DNA from: Sideroxydans lithotrophicus ES-1 | GTDB taxonomy: Bacteria; Pseudomonadota; Gammaproteobacteria; Burkholderiales; Gallionellaceae | Assembly (NCBI RefSeq): GCF_000025705.1 | Contig: NC_013959.1 | Span: 827,063-859,062 of the forward strand | Direction of reading: 5' to 3' | Length of the DNA stretch: 32,000 nucleotides | Shown: positions 1 through 8,637 of the stretch, piece after piece | How the letters are laid out: each line of letters begins with the position of its first letter | Numbering within the stretch: the stretch's first letter is position 1 | Made by a program: the position numbers and the translations under genes | The notes under the pieces: generated by a model | What the model was told of the DNA's origin: nothing | The model's input: only the letters and a program-made list of their open reading frames with translations | Databases searched by the model: none

Positions 1-1578
1 ATCTTGCGGCCAGCTCGCGTGCGCCCATGCCAGCAAGTGGCGGCGTGCAGCCTGCGCATCGTTGTCCCGGCATGCCTGTCGGAACGCCTTGCGCGCCTCG
101 CCCAGATCGGACGCTGATGCGGATGGCGTCGTTGCCTGCGTGTTCAAATGCGCCGGCTGTCTGGCTTTGCGCCGGCTGCTCAGCCACCAGGCGCCGAGTG
201 TGCCCAGCCAGAGCAGCGCAAAGACGAGGCTGATCCAGGCCCAGCGATAGTCCGTACCTGCGATTCCCATCGGTTGCGCTACAGATGGAGCAGCGGGTGG
301 CCCGGCCGAGATCGAGTCCTGCCCTGGTGGTGTCGTGCCGACGGCGATACCGCCTGCGCTGGGCAACACGTCCAGTGTGCGCGCAGGCAGTTCGATCTCC
401 TGCTGCACGTTCTTGCCGGTATCCCACCAGAACAGGTGCAGGGCAGGGATCTCGTAGCGACCGGCGGTGTTGGCGATGATGGCGATGTCCTGGTCGCGCG
501 TGCCGATGATGCTGATGCCGTGCGCGTCATTGTTCAACTTGGGCTGATCCGGATAGGCGCGCAGGCCGTTCGGCAGTTTCAATATCCGGCTCAGGTCGGG
601 CAACTGTGCGGCGATCAGCCCATCGGCGGCGAGGTGCAGATGCAGCGTGACGGGGTCGCCCGCGCGGATGCTGCCGTTGTCGGGTTGCCAGCTTTCTTCC
701 AGCGTCACATGTTGTGCCGGCAGCCAGTCGTGGCCGCCGGCGCCGGCTGGACGCGGGCGCACGTTCAGCACCACCGGCTCGCTCTGGATGCGTATCGGCC
801 TGGTGGTGTTCATCATGCCGGCGAAAGGATTGCGACCGAATATGTTGCCGAACGGGTCGTTGTCGTTGCCGCTGTTGTCCTGCACCTGCGCGTTCAGTAC
901 GGCGCCATCCAGCCGCACACTGCCGCTGCGCTGCGGGAACAGCAGGTATCTGCGCTCGATCACCTGATAGCTGCGACCGTTGCGCGTCTCACTGGTCTGC
1001 TTGTCCTGACCCAGTTGCTGGACCAGCACGTCGTTGCCGGACTGCAGGTCGAGGCTGGCCTGGTACAGCGGCTGGTCGGTGTAGATGCGAACCGTCATCG
1101 GCACGGCAGCCTGCACATAAGGTTGCTTCTGCTCCGCTGCCGCGGTGAGGAACACATGCGCAGCGTTTCCGGTCGGCGCATTGCCGGCCGCAGCGTTCCC
1201 GGATCGTCCGCTTGCTGCGCTGCTGCTTACCTCCAGCGGCAGGAACGGCGATGAGTCCCCGTCCCATTGCAACGCGGGTATATGCAGCTTGCCCTGGTGT
1301 TTCGGCAACAGCACCAGGTTCAATTGAGTCTGCGCATTCATCTTGCCGTTGACGATCTGGATGCTGGAACCAGAGCTGCGTCCGACGATCTCGAAGTCCT
1401 GCTTGAGCGGGCTCAGGTCGGGCTGGCTGTCGGTCTGACCGTTGTGTTGCAGGGTGAGTTGTACCGTCTCGCCCGGGCCGACCTGGTTGCGGTCAAGGCT
1501 GGCGCCGATCTCTGCAGAGGCAGGCAGGCTCAGGCCCAGCGTCGTCAAAGTCATCAGAGTGAGGATAGTGTTTTTCAT
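1..1578 (-). CDS. batD: BatD-like oxygen-tolerance protein (C-terminus runs off the window edge)
   Basis: Absent from the ORF track because it has no stop codon in the window. My translation of the minus strand from the ATG at 1578..1576 stays open to position 1 (526 codons). It begins MKNTILTLMTLTTLGLSLPASA (signal peptide) then EIGASLDRNQVGPGETVQLTLQHNGQTD. Near the end is a TM helix AWISLVFALLWLGTLGAWWL followed by ARRHLLAWAHASWPQD. It has an ATGA start/stop overlap with the upstream TPR gene and sits last in a moxR/DUF58/VWA/VWA/TPR operon. Confidence 0.7.
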   Translation of the reverse strand, partial: MKNTILTLMTLTTLGLSLPASAEIGASLDRNQVGPGETVQLTLQHNGQTDSQPDLSPLKQDFEIVGRSSGSSIQIVNGKMNAQTQLNLVLLPKHQGKLHIPALQWDGDSSPFLPLEVSSSAASGRSGNAAAGNAPTGNAAHVFLTAAAEQKQPYVQAAVPMTVRIYTDQPLYQASLDLQSGNDVLVQQLGQDKQTSETRNGRSYQVIERRYLLFPQRSGSVRLDGAVLNAQVQDNSGNDNDPFGNIFGRNPFAGMMNTTRPIRIQSEPVVLNVRPRPAGAGGHDWLPAQHVTLEESWQPDNGSIRAGDPVTLHLHLAADGLIAAQLPDLSRILKLPNGLRAYPDQPKLNNDAHGISIIGTRDQDIAIIANTAGRYEIPALHLFWWDTGKNVQQEIELPARTLDVLPSAGGIAVGTTPPGQDSISAGPPAAPSVAQPMGIAGTDYRWAWISLVFALLWLGTLGAWWLSSRRKARQPAHLNTQATTPSASASDLGEARKAFRQACRDNDAQAARRHLLAWAHASWPQD

Positions 1579-2480
1579 TGCTGTCCACCTTGTTGTCGGA
1601 TCATGTGCTCGATCATGAACTTGCGCCGCAACAGGCCACCGGGGTCGTCCGGGATGCGCCGCAGCCATTGTTCCTGCGCAAGCTGTTGTTCGCTGACGGG
1701 CGCATCCGATACGGCGTTGGCACCGGATGTCGGCGATTTGCCCAGCGCGGCTTCCGCATCGCGCCGTGCCTGTGCCGCGTCGTCGGCTTGGGATCGGTTG
1801 CCGGTTTGGCCGGATGCGCCGGGTTGCTCGTTCGCGTTGGCCTGCGCAGACTGTTGCTGTCCTTGTCCTGCATTCTTTTTGTTGTTGCTGCCTGGCTGTT
1901 GGCCTTGCCCGGTCTTGCCCTGTTGTGCTTTTCCGGACTGGTTCTGGCCGGATGGATCTTGCTTGCCTGAATTCTTTTGGCTATCGCCCTGCTTGCCGGA
2001 GTTGCTGCCGGATTGGCCAGCCTGTTTGTTGCCGCCGTTCTTGTCATCCTTCGACGAGGATTGGTTGTTCGCAGCAGACTGCGGCTGCGGCGGTTGCTGC
2101 TGCAGCGCCTTGGCCACCAGCTCGCGGTTGTGGCGCGCATCGCGATTGTCCGGATCGCGGGCCAGCGCTGCATCGTAGGCCTGCAGCGCTTCCTGCAACT
2201 GCCCGGACTGAGCCAGTGCGTTGCCGCGGTTGTAGTTGCCGTCGCTGTCGTCGAAGGCCGAGAGATGCTTTGCCGCATTTGCATAATCGCCCGCCTGCAG
2301 TTCCGCAAAGGCCTTGCGCCGCGGGTCCCGGTAGGTTTGCGCCGCCGCAGCCGCCTTGCCCTCATGCATCAGCCGTTCGCCTTGCTGGTCGGCGTTGTGC
2401 CACAAGTCGTCCCAGAAACCGTTCGCCTGCGCATTTGCGGCACAGAGCGCGAGCAGCGAAAGCAGGAGTGCGCGCTTCAT
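1575..2480 (-). CDS. batC: BatC-like TPR protein with a long Q/G/S/N/K-rich low-complexity linker
   Basis: ORF 1575..2486. I prefer the ATG at 2480 (MKRALLLSLLALCAANAQA signal peptide), which forms an ATGA overlap with the stop of the upstream gene at 2477. TPR-like segment: YNRGNALAQSGQLQEALQAYDAALARDPDN. C-terminal motif: WLRRIPDDPGGLLRRKF. Confidence 0.7.
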   Translation of the reverse strand: MKRALLLSLLALCAANAQANGFWDDLWHNADQQGERLMHEGKAAAAAQTYRDPRRKAFAELQAGDYANAAKHLSAFDDSDGNYNRGNALAQSGQLQEALQAYDAALARDPDNRDARHNRELVAKALQQQPPQPQSAANNQSSSKDDKNGGNKQAGQSGSNSGKQGDSQKNSGKQDPSGQNQSGKAQQGKTGQGQQPGSNNKKNAGQGQQQSAQANANEQPGASGQTGNRSQADDAAQARRDAEAALGKSPTSGANAVSDAPVSEQQLAQEQWLRRIPDDPGGLLRRKFMIEHMIRQQGGQQ

Positions 2481-3472
2481 AACCACCCCCGCCGTGCCAG
2501 CAATGCCGTCGCCAACAGCAGCAGCGGCAGCAGCCAGACGCCGCCATCCAGCCTGTGCGCCACGCGGATGTCCTTGTTCTCGGTGGCGCGGCTGGTGCGG
2601 TCGGCCTGTGCCTGCAGGTAACCGATCAGGCTCGGCAGTTGCGCCAGGTCTGCATATCTGCCGCCGCCGCTGCTGGCCAGTTGTTGCAGCCGTTCCACAT
2701 CCAGCCGGGCGAGATCCAGATGCCCTTGCTTGTTCTGCGCAAAGCCGCCACCCGTCCGGCTCAGCGGTGCGCCGGTGCGCGTGCCGATGCCGACTACACT
2801 CACCGTGATGTTTTGCGCCTGCAGTTTTTTCGCGGCAGTGAAAGCGGCCGCCGGGTCGCTGAACCCGTCGGTCAGCACCACCACTTGCGCGTTCTTGCCG
2901 CCGCCCTGTCTGACCAGTTTGCCTGCCTGCTCCAGCGCCGGAGCAAGATTGTCGCCGGCACTGGGCATGATGTCAGGGTTCAGCGGCGGCAGCAGCGCGC
3001 GTATCGTGGCGACGTCGTCGGTCATCGGCGTGACCGTGTAGGGCTCGTCGCTGAATGCCACCAGCCCGACGCGCGCATCCTGCGCGCCATTGAGCAGATC
3101 GTCGAGCGCATAGCGTGCGCGGGTGACGCGGTTCGGCGTGACATCGGCTGCCAGCATCGAGGGCGACAGGTCCAGCACCAGCATCCATGCGCTGCTGCCG
3201 CGGTAGGCGAGGGAAGGTGCCTGCTGCCAGCTGGGACCGGACAGTGCCAGCGCTGCCAGTGTCCACGCCAGCGCCAGCCACGGCCAGGGCGACTGGCCGC
3301 GCTTGCCCCCGGCATCGAGCCGCAGGCTGGACAACAGCTCCGGGTCGATCAGCTGCGCCCAGCCACCCTCGTGGTTGCGGCGCCGCGCCAGCCAGATGCT
3401 CAGGCCCCACAGCAAGGGGATGGTCAACAGCCAGGCGGGGCGCAGGAACTGGAAATGCTGTATCACGTCCAT
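2477..3472 (-). CDS. batB: BatB-like von Willebrand factor A (VWA) domain membrane protein
   Basis: ORF 2477..3559. The likely start is the ATG at 3472 (MDVIQHFQFLRPAWLLTIPLLWGL, N-terminal TM). MIDAS-type motif VLDLSPSM plus VVVLTDG. A C-terminal TM helix is present. The gene overlaps the upstream batA stop (3463) by 10 nt. Confidence 0.75.
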   Translation of the reverse strand: MDVIQHFQFLRPAWLLTIPLLWGLSIWLARRRNHEGGWAQLIDPELLSSLRLDAGGKRGQSPWPWLALAWTLAALALSGPSWQQAPSLAYRGSSAWMLVLDLSPSMLAADVTPNRVTRARYALDDLLNGAQDARVGLVAFSDEPYTVTPMTDDVATIRALLPPLNPDIMPSAGDNLAPALEQAGKLVRQGGGKNAQVVVLTDGFSDPAAAFTAAKKLQAQNITVSVVGIGTRTGAPLSRTGGGFAQNKQGHLDLARLDVERLQQLASSGGGRYADLAQLPSLIGYLQAQADRTSRATENKDIRVAHRLDGGVWLLPLLLLATALLARRGWL

Positions 3473-4428
3473 CTTCTTCTCCACATCACGACCGGCAGGC
3501 TGAGCAGCAGTGCCAGTCCCAGCGGCCACGGGAACCACTCGTCGCGCGGGCGGTACCATTGCTGTCGCGCGTCGCTGGGTTCCAGCCGGTCGATACGTGT
3601 GTAGACCTGCTGCAGGTTTTCGACATCCGTCGCGCGGAAATATTCGCCGCCCGTGGTCTTGGCGATGAGCTTGAGCGTGTCCTCGTCCAGGTCGTTGGCG
3701 CCACCCATGCCGAAGGGATCGGTCTGATCCGAACCCACGCCGATGGTGTAGATGCGCAGGCCTGCGGCAGCGGCCATCTTTGCAGCCTCATCCGGCGGCA
3801 TCGCCCCGGCGTCGTTGCTGCCGTCGGTGAGCAGGATCAGCACCGTTTCACCCTTGCGGCCGGATACGTTCGTGGCGTCGCGCAAGCGCTTGATGGCGAG
3901 ACCGATGGCATCGCCGATGGCCGTCTGCGTGCCGGCCACGCCTATCATCGCCTCGTCCAGGAACTGACCCACCGTGTTCAGATCGGTGGTGAGCGGTGCC
4001 TGCAGGTAGGGCTGGGTGCCGAACAGGATGAGTCCAACCTGGTCGCCGTGGCGGCGGCGGATGAAATCGCCCGCGACCTTCTGCACCACCTGCAAACGAT
4101 TGGCATTGCCGGCCATGTCCTGCGTGGACATGGAGCCGGAGACATCCACCGCCAGCAGCAGGCGCCGTCCGGTGGTGGACACCGCCTCGGGATCGCCCAG
4201 CCATTGCGGGCGGATCGCCGCCAGCACCAGCAGCAACCAGATCAGCGCGAACAGCAGCTTGCGCGGACGCGACATGTGATGCGTATCGGGTGTCGAGCCG
4301 GCCGCGACCGTGTCGGCAAAAGGCAGGAACAGTGCAACACCATGCGGCTGTGCGGGCGGCAGCCAGCGACCCAGCAGCCAGGGCAACGGCAGGAACAGCA
4401 GCATCCAGGGCCATTCGATGTGGATCAT
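3463..4428 (-). CDS. batA: BatA-like VWA domain membrane protein
   Basis: ORF 3463..4467. The likely start is the ATG at 4428 (MIHIEWPWMLLFLPLPWLL), in an ATGA overlap with the DUF4381 stop at 4425. MIDAS motif LLLAVDVSGSM; VWA core ILLTDGSND. Confidence 0.8.
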   Translation of the reverse strand: MIHIEWPWMLLFLPLPWLLGRWLPPAQPHGVALFLPFADTVAAGSTPDTHHMSRPRKLLFALIWLLLVLAAIRPQWLGDPEAVSTTGRRLLLAVDVSGSMSTQDMAGNANRLQVVQKVAGDFIRRRHGDQVGLILFGTQPYLQAPLTTDLNTVGQFLDEAMIGVAGTQTAIGDAIGLAIKRLRDATNVSGRKGETVLILLTDGSNDAGAMPPDEAAKMAAAAGLRIYTIGVGSDQTDPFGMGGANDLDEDTLKLIAKTTGGEYFRATDVENLQQVYTRIDRLEPSDARQQWYRPRDEWFPWPLGLALLLSLPVVMWRRRWT

Positions 4429-4877
4429 CGCCGCCCCCGTAGAAAATCGCGCGCGCCTTGCAGCCATGGGGCGCGGTCGTTCAGCATGCGGCTGCCATAG
4501 GCTGCGCGCAGCAGGCTTTCTCCTGCCTCGCCGGCCAATGTGTTTCCGCCATGTGCGATGAGGAAATCCAGCCAGTCGTTGCCGCTCAAGTGCGCCACTT
4601 GCTCGCGGCCATAGGCGGCGATGGCATAACGGCGCAGCAGATCCTGCAGTGCGCTGGCCAGATGCGCGTCATCATGTGCATGCATTTGCAGTTGCCGGAG
4701 TTCGCGCAACGCAGCCCGGCGCAAACGGTTGGGCTTGCGCCGATACCAGTAGATCGCCGCGGCAGCGATCATCAGCACCAGTGCTGCGAGTGCCCACCAC
4801 CCTGGCGCCAGCGGCCACCAACCGGGCGGCGGCGGTGCGTGGGGCGGGGCGAGTTGTTTTAGAAATTCGTCGTTCAT
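4425..4877 (-). CDS. DUF4381-like small membrane protein of moxR/VWA operons
   Basis: 150 aa. It has a proline-rich N-terminus (PPHAPPPPGWWPLAPGWW), then one TM helix and RRKPNRLRRAALRELRQL. Position and layout are typical of the DUF4381 gene between DUF58 and batA. Confidence 0.65.
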   Translation of the reverse strand: MNDEFLKQLAPPHAPPPPGWWPLAPGWWALAALVLMIAAAAIYWYRRKPNRLRRAALRELRQLQMHAHDDAHLASALQDLLRRYAIAAYGREQVAHLSGNDWLDFLIAHGGNTLAGEAGESLLRAAYGSRMLNDRAPWLQGARDFLRGRR

Positions 4878-4892
4878 TTTTTAAAACCTGAA

Positions 4893-5007
4893 CGTCATTC
4901 CGGCGCAGGCCGGAATCCAGTCAAAAAAACAAACTCCCGCAACGCGGGACAAAAGCCCAAAGCATGTTGAATAAACTCGCTGGATTCCGGCCTGCGCCGG
5001 AATGACG
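4893..5007. repeat. MITE/REP-like palindromic element, copy 1 (27-bp terminal inverted repeats)
   Basis: The left arm cgtcattccggcgcaggccggaatcca (4893-4919) is the reverse complement of tggattccggcctgcgccggaatgacg (4981-5007). Each arm is itself a hairpin (attccggc/gccggaat). There is an internal cccgc..gcggg hairpin. A second copy lies at 22221-22346. Confidence 0.85.
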
Positions 5008-5117
5008 AGGTAAAAGGTTTCATGTGTTATCGCCAATTATGGAAATCTCAATAATCCGCAACATTTCGCGGCCTTGCTTCACAGTCTGATTCCTCTAGTG
5101 ATGGTTCTACGCCGTAC

Positions 5118-5139
5118 CTCTCTGTGTCCTCTGTGGCTG
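5118..5139. repeat. Solo arm related to the ctctgtg-type palindromic repeat seen at 18052-18129
   Basis: cctctctgtgtcctctgtggct resembles the right arm ctctgtgtgctctgtgttctctgtggct of the rnfA-rnfB hairpin. No partner arm is found nearby. Confidence 0.4.
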
Positions 5140-5154
5140 ATGTTTTTTTATGCT

Positions 5155-6054
5155 TTACGCAGTCCATAACGGTTCCCGCAACAAAGGCGGCAGCGACTCG
5201 GTCACCGGCTGCGGCGTGTCCAGCCGGATCAGCGGCAGGTTGAGGCGGTGCGTCAACTCATCCAGGCGGTGTTGGCGTGCAGCCCATTTCTCCTGCCACG
5301 CGCTACGGCTGCTTGCGCCATCCAGCCACCACAGGCGACCGGGCAATCCGGCGCGGTAACTGCCGTCCGGCAAGCCCGTGTTTTCCAGCGGATCGACCAG
5401 CCACAGCAGACGGCAGTCGCAACGCAACGAGATGCTCGCCAACAGATTCTCGGTGTCGTCGTCCAGCCCGCTGAAGTCGCTCAGCACCAGCACCAGACTG
5501 CCGGGTTGCAGCAGCGGTTTCAGCGCGATGAGCGATGCATTCAAACTGTCCGGGCTGGGCATGCCGGGGCGGGTGGGTTGCGCTGCCACCAGCGCTTCGA
5601 GCACCGGCAGCACGCCGGCTTCGCGTGCGCGCGGACGGAAGATGCGCAGATGCTCGTTGCCGCCGATCAGCGCACCCAGCCGGTCGCCGTCCATCGCGGC
5701 GACCCATGCCAGCAGCGCTGCCGAACGCAACAGCAGCGAGGACTTGAGCTGATGACGGCTGCCGAAATACAGGCCTGGATGCAAGTCGGCGACCAGCCAC
5801 ACCGGGCGCTCGCGCTCTTCGCGGAACAGCTTGGTATGCGGCTGGCCGCGCCGCGCCGTGACGCGCCAGTCGATGTTGCGCGCGTCATCGCCGGGCGTGT
5901 ACAGGCGCACCTCTTCGAACTCCAGGCCGCGGCCGCGCTGCGCGCTGCGGTGCGATCCTTGCAGTCGCGCCAGTACGGGGCGGCGCGCATGCAGGTTGAG
6001 ATCGTGTGCGGTACCGCGCAAGGCAACCAGTTCTGCCAGGTCGGGCAGGATCAT
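5155..6054 (-). CDS. DUF58 domain protein (VWA-like, MoxR partner)
   Basis: The track ORF is 5155..6438, but its first ~128 aa are Arg/Ala-rich and overlap moxR. The ATG at 6054 (MILPDLAELVALRG) forms an ATGA overlap with the moxR stop at 6051. DUF58 signature: GLEFEEVRLYTPGDDARNIDWRVTAR. Confidence 0.8.
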   Translation of the reverse strand: MILPDLAELVALRGTAHDLNLHARRPVLARLQGSHRSAQRGRGLEFEEVRLYTPGDDARNIDWRVTARRGQPHTKLFREERERPVWLVADLHPGLYFGSRHQLKSSLLLRSAALLAWVAAMDGDRLGALIGGNEHLRIFRPRAREAGVLPVLEALVAAQPTRPGMPSPDSLNASLIALKPLLQPGSLVLVLSDFSGLDDDTENLLASISLRCDCRLLWLVDPLENTGLPDGSYRAGLPGRLWWLDGASSRSAWQEKWAARQHRLDELTHRLNLPLIRLDTPQPVTESLPPLLREPLWTA

Positions 6055-7043
6055 GGGGCCGGCACCTGTCGCAACAGTTCCTCGACGCAATCCTGCGCCG
6101 AGACGCCATGCGCCTGCGCGGTGTAGTCCAGCAGCAGGCGGTGGCGCAACGCATCCGGTGCGATGGCCTGCACATCCTCGGGGCTGACATAGTCGCGCCC
6201 ATCCAGCCAGGCCAGTGCACGCGCGCCGCGTTCCATGGCAAGGGCCGCACGCGGACTGGCGCCCCAGCGCAGCCACTCTTTCAGTTTGCTGCTGTACTTG
6301 TCGGGGATGCGCGTGGCCTCGACCAGTGCGGCGATATATTCGGCGACCGAATCGGCCAGCGTGAGCTCGAGCACTTCGCGCCGCGCAGCGAACACCTGTT
6401 CCTGCGTCAGCGCAAAGCGCGGCGGCGACAGTTCGCATGCTTCCCGCGCTTCGCGCCGCGACAGTTCCATGATGCGCAGCGTGGTGGCGCGATCGGGATA
6501 GTCCACCAGCGTGTGCAGCATGAAACGGTCGAGTTGTGCTTCCGGCAGCGGGTAGGTGCCTTCATGCTCGATCGGGTTCTGCGTGGCCATCACCAGGAAC
6601 AGGCGCGGCAACGGATAGGTGGCAGAGCCGACGCTGACCTGACGCTCGGCCATCGCTTCGAGCAATGCAGACTGCACCTTGGCCGGGGCGCGGTTGATCT
6701 CGTCGGCGAGGATCAGGTTGTGGAACAAGGGGCCGCGCTGAAAATGAAAGCCGCCTTCCTCGGGCCGGTAGATATCGGAACCGGTGAGGTCCGCCGGCAG
6801 CATGTCAGGCGTGAACTGCAGGCGCTGGAAATTCCCTTCGATGCCGTGTGCCAGCGCCTTGATGGCACGCGTCTTGGCCAGGCCAGGCGGCCCTTCCACC
6901 AGCAAGTGGCCGTCGGCCAGCAGTGCCAGTAGCAGGCGTTCCACCAGGTTGTCCTGGCCCAGTATCTGTTCGTTGAGGTAAGCGCGAAGTCCGTTGAATG
7001 CTGAGATTGCCGTGGTGGCATGTGGAGCGACACTGACATCCAT
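6051..7043 (-). CDS. moxR: MoxR-family AAA+ ATPase
   Basis: The ATG at 7043 (MDVSVAPHATT) is preceded by AAAGGA. Walker A LVEGPPGLAKT; Walker B LILADEINRA; MoxR-typical FMLHTLVDYP and GASPRAALAM. Confidence 0.9.
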   Translation of the reverse strand: MDVSVAPHATTAISAFNGLRAYLNEQILGQDNLVERLLLALLADGHLLVEGPPGLAKTRAIKALAHGIEGNFQRLQFTPDMLPADLTGSDIYRPEEGGFHFQRGPLFHNLILADEINRAPAKVQSALLEAMAERQVSVGSATYPLPRLFLVMATQNPIEHEGTYPLPEAQLDRFMLHTLVDYPDRATTLRIMELSRREAREACELSPPRFALTQEQVFAARREVLELTLADSVAEYIAALVEATRIPDKYSSKLKEWLRWGASPRAALAMERGARALAWLDGRDYVSPEDVQAIAPDALRHRLLLDYTAQAHGVSAQDCVEELLRQVPAP

Positions 7044-7348
7044 CGTGGATCCTTTCCATATGTTTTTCTTGTGGCATACAGAAAGGAAATTTTTTGCAAA
7101 GTTCCCGAAGAGTGTGTCGGCGCGCATTTGAATGCGAAAACGCACTTCGGTTTTGGATTAAAAATCCTCGTGTTATTGAAGAAAGATTGAGTGAGCGATG
7201 TGCCACATCAAATCGGGAATGAAACACGACCTGCAGCGGTGAATGTCAAATATAGGTTATGCAGATTCGACTTGAGACTGTTGCCTGGCATCGAGTGGTG
7301 CAATAAACCCACACAGGATATGAGGGAGTATACTTTTGCCAAACTCCG

Positions 7349-8122
7349 ATGTTGATCAAGGCCTTTTCGATGATACCTGCCAAGAGCGATGCCGACAGCC
7401 AGACCATCCATTCACTGCGCCGATGGCGCGTGATGGAGATCCTGACGGAAAAGGGAACGCCAAGCCGTCACGTTTATGGGCATGACATAACGAATGACAC
7501 GGCTCGCGCATCCACCAGCATCAAGGAGTTCGACCGGGAAGCGATGACCATCACCACCCACAGTGGCAGGCTTTACAAGCTACTGGGCGCGCCAGGTCAC
7601 TCTCGTGCCGGAGCGATCGTCTGGAAGGAATGGTGCCACAAACATCATGTCATTTCAGAGACGGATGTGACCGACGAATACTTCAGCGTCGATAAATTAT
7701 TCTCCAACGTCAACGAAGAGATCTATACCGGACTGCGAGAATTGGTCGATTCGGTTTTTCCTTTGCGCTGTGGAAATTGCGGTCGGGAATATCGAAACTC
7801 CGCCGAATTCCTTGCGGCTACTCAACCTGTGCATGCGAACTCCAGTGGCTTGCAACAAAGCAGGGACAATGAAGGCCACATGGTCGTGGATCTGTTTCGG
7901 AATTGTGTCTGTGGTTCGACCTTGCTCGAAAGTTTCGGAAATCGGCGCGACCTTGGCGAAGATGGCGTCAAGCGCCGGATGCGATTCCAGGATATGGTCG
8001 ACAAGCTGGTTGCGATGGGCTACACGGAAGAAATCATACGAGGCGAACTGCTTAAACTCATGCGCGGACAGCCGAATGATGTGATCAATCTGGCAAGGCT
8101 CGCGAACTCCGAGCATCGTTAG
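7349..8122 (+). CDS. Hypothetical protein with CxxC...CxC Zn-ribbon-like motif
   Basis: 257 aa ORF in the lower-GC stretch. Motifs are PLRCGNCGREY and, about 40 aa later, NCVCGSTL. I recognise no family. The start is uncertain (alternative ATGs at 7370 and 7433). Confidence 0.5.
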   Translation: MLIKAFSMIPAKSDADSQTIHSLRRWRVMEILTEKGTPSRHVYGHDITNDTARASTSIKEFDREAMTITTHSGRLYKLLGAPGHSRAGAIVWKEWCHKHHVISETDVTDEYFSVDKLFSNVNEEIYTGLRELVDSVFPLRCGNCGREYRNSAEFLAATQPVHANSSGLQQSRDNEGHMVVDLFRNCVCGSTLLESFGNRRDLGEDGVKRRMRFQDMVDKLVAMGYTEEIIRGELLKLMRGQPNDVINLARLANSEHR

Positions 8123-8173
8123 CAAATCGAGGGCGATCCTGGAGAGTCGATAACAAGAAAGGTCGAAAATCAG

Positions 8174-8428
8174 ATGAAGCTGATCGAACAGGACGAGAAG
8201 GATGATTTCCTGGCGGTGTTGAAACGATTCCAGCTTTCCCCGGAAGATTTTGACCTGGCGGAGACCGACACCACAGACTCCAAAACCGATGAGATATTCG
8301 CGCTCACCGGGTTTGTCGTGATCACGCAAAAATCTACCAACCTGAAAGCCCAATACCCAATTGGGGACGGGTCCAGATGGGTTGAGGAATTCGAGAGGGA
8401 TGTTGAAAAAAACCTGTTTGGTAGATGA
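8174..8428 (+). CDS. Hypothetical small acidic protein
   Basis: 84 aa, with AAAGG about 12 nt upstream of the ATG. It starts 51 bp after the previous gene on the same strand. No family recognised. Confidence 0.45.
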   Translation: MKLIEQDEKDDFLAVLKRFQLSPEDFDLAETDTTDSKTDEIFALTGFVVITQKSTNLKAQYPIGDGSRWVEEFERDVEKNLFGR

Positions 8429-8637
8429 CGGCTAGATGCTGTCGGTTGGCCCGTTAATACTAAACGTCTCAAACTCGGCCATTGCTGCCTTTCAGGCCCT
8501 ACTGACTGAGCGGCCGGTTTTGAACCCTAAACAGACTCCACAGTGACTACGAAATCCGGAGCGATTCAATCAATCGGTTAGCCTAAACAACAACCGCACA
8601 GCCAAAATGAAAACTCACGGGAAGGTAGCGCTTAAGG

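Noticed and set aside
148-1254. 368-aa plus-strand ORF at the left end
   Set aside because: It is Arg/Ala/Gly-rich with no recognisable motifs. It lies exactly antisense to an open minus-strand frame that encodes a signal peptide and BatD-like sequence in operon context. This is a typical high-GC shadow ORF.
6055-6438. N-terminal 128-aa extension of the DUF58 ORF
   Set aside because: The extension overlaps the 3' end of moxR, is Arg/Ala-rich, and precedes a well-placed ATGA-coupled start at 6054. I shortened the gene instead.
7283-7300. sigma54-like sequence ctggcatcgagtggtgca upstream of the 257-aa ORF
   Set aside because: The GG-to-GC spacing is 11 nt instead of 10, and the -12 element is poor (GGTGCA).
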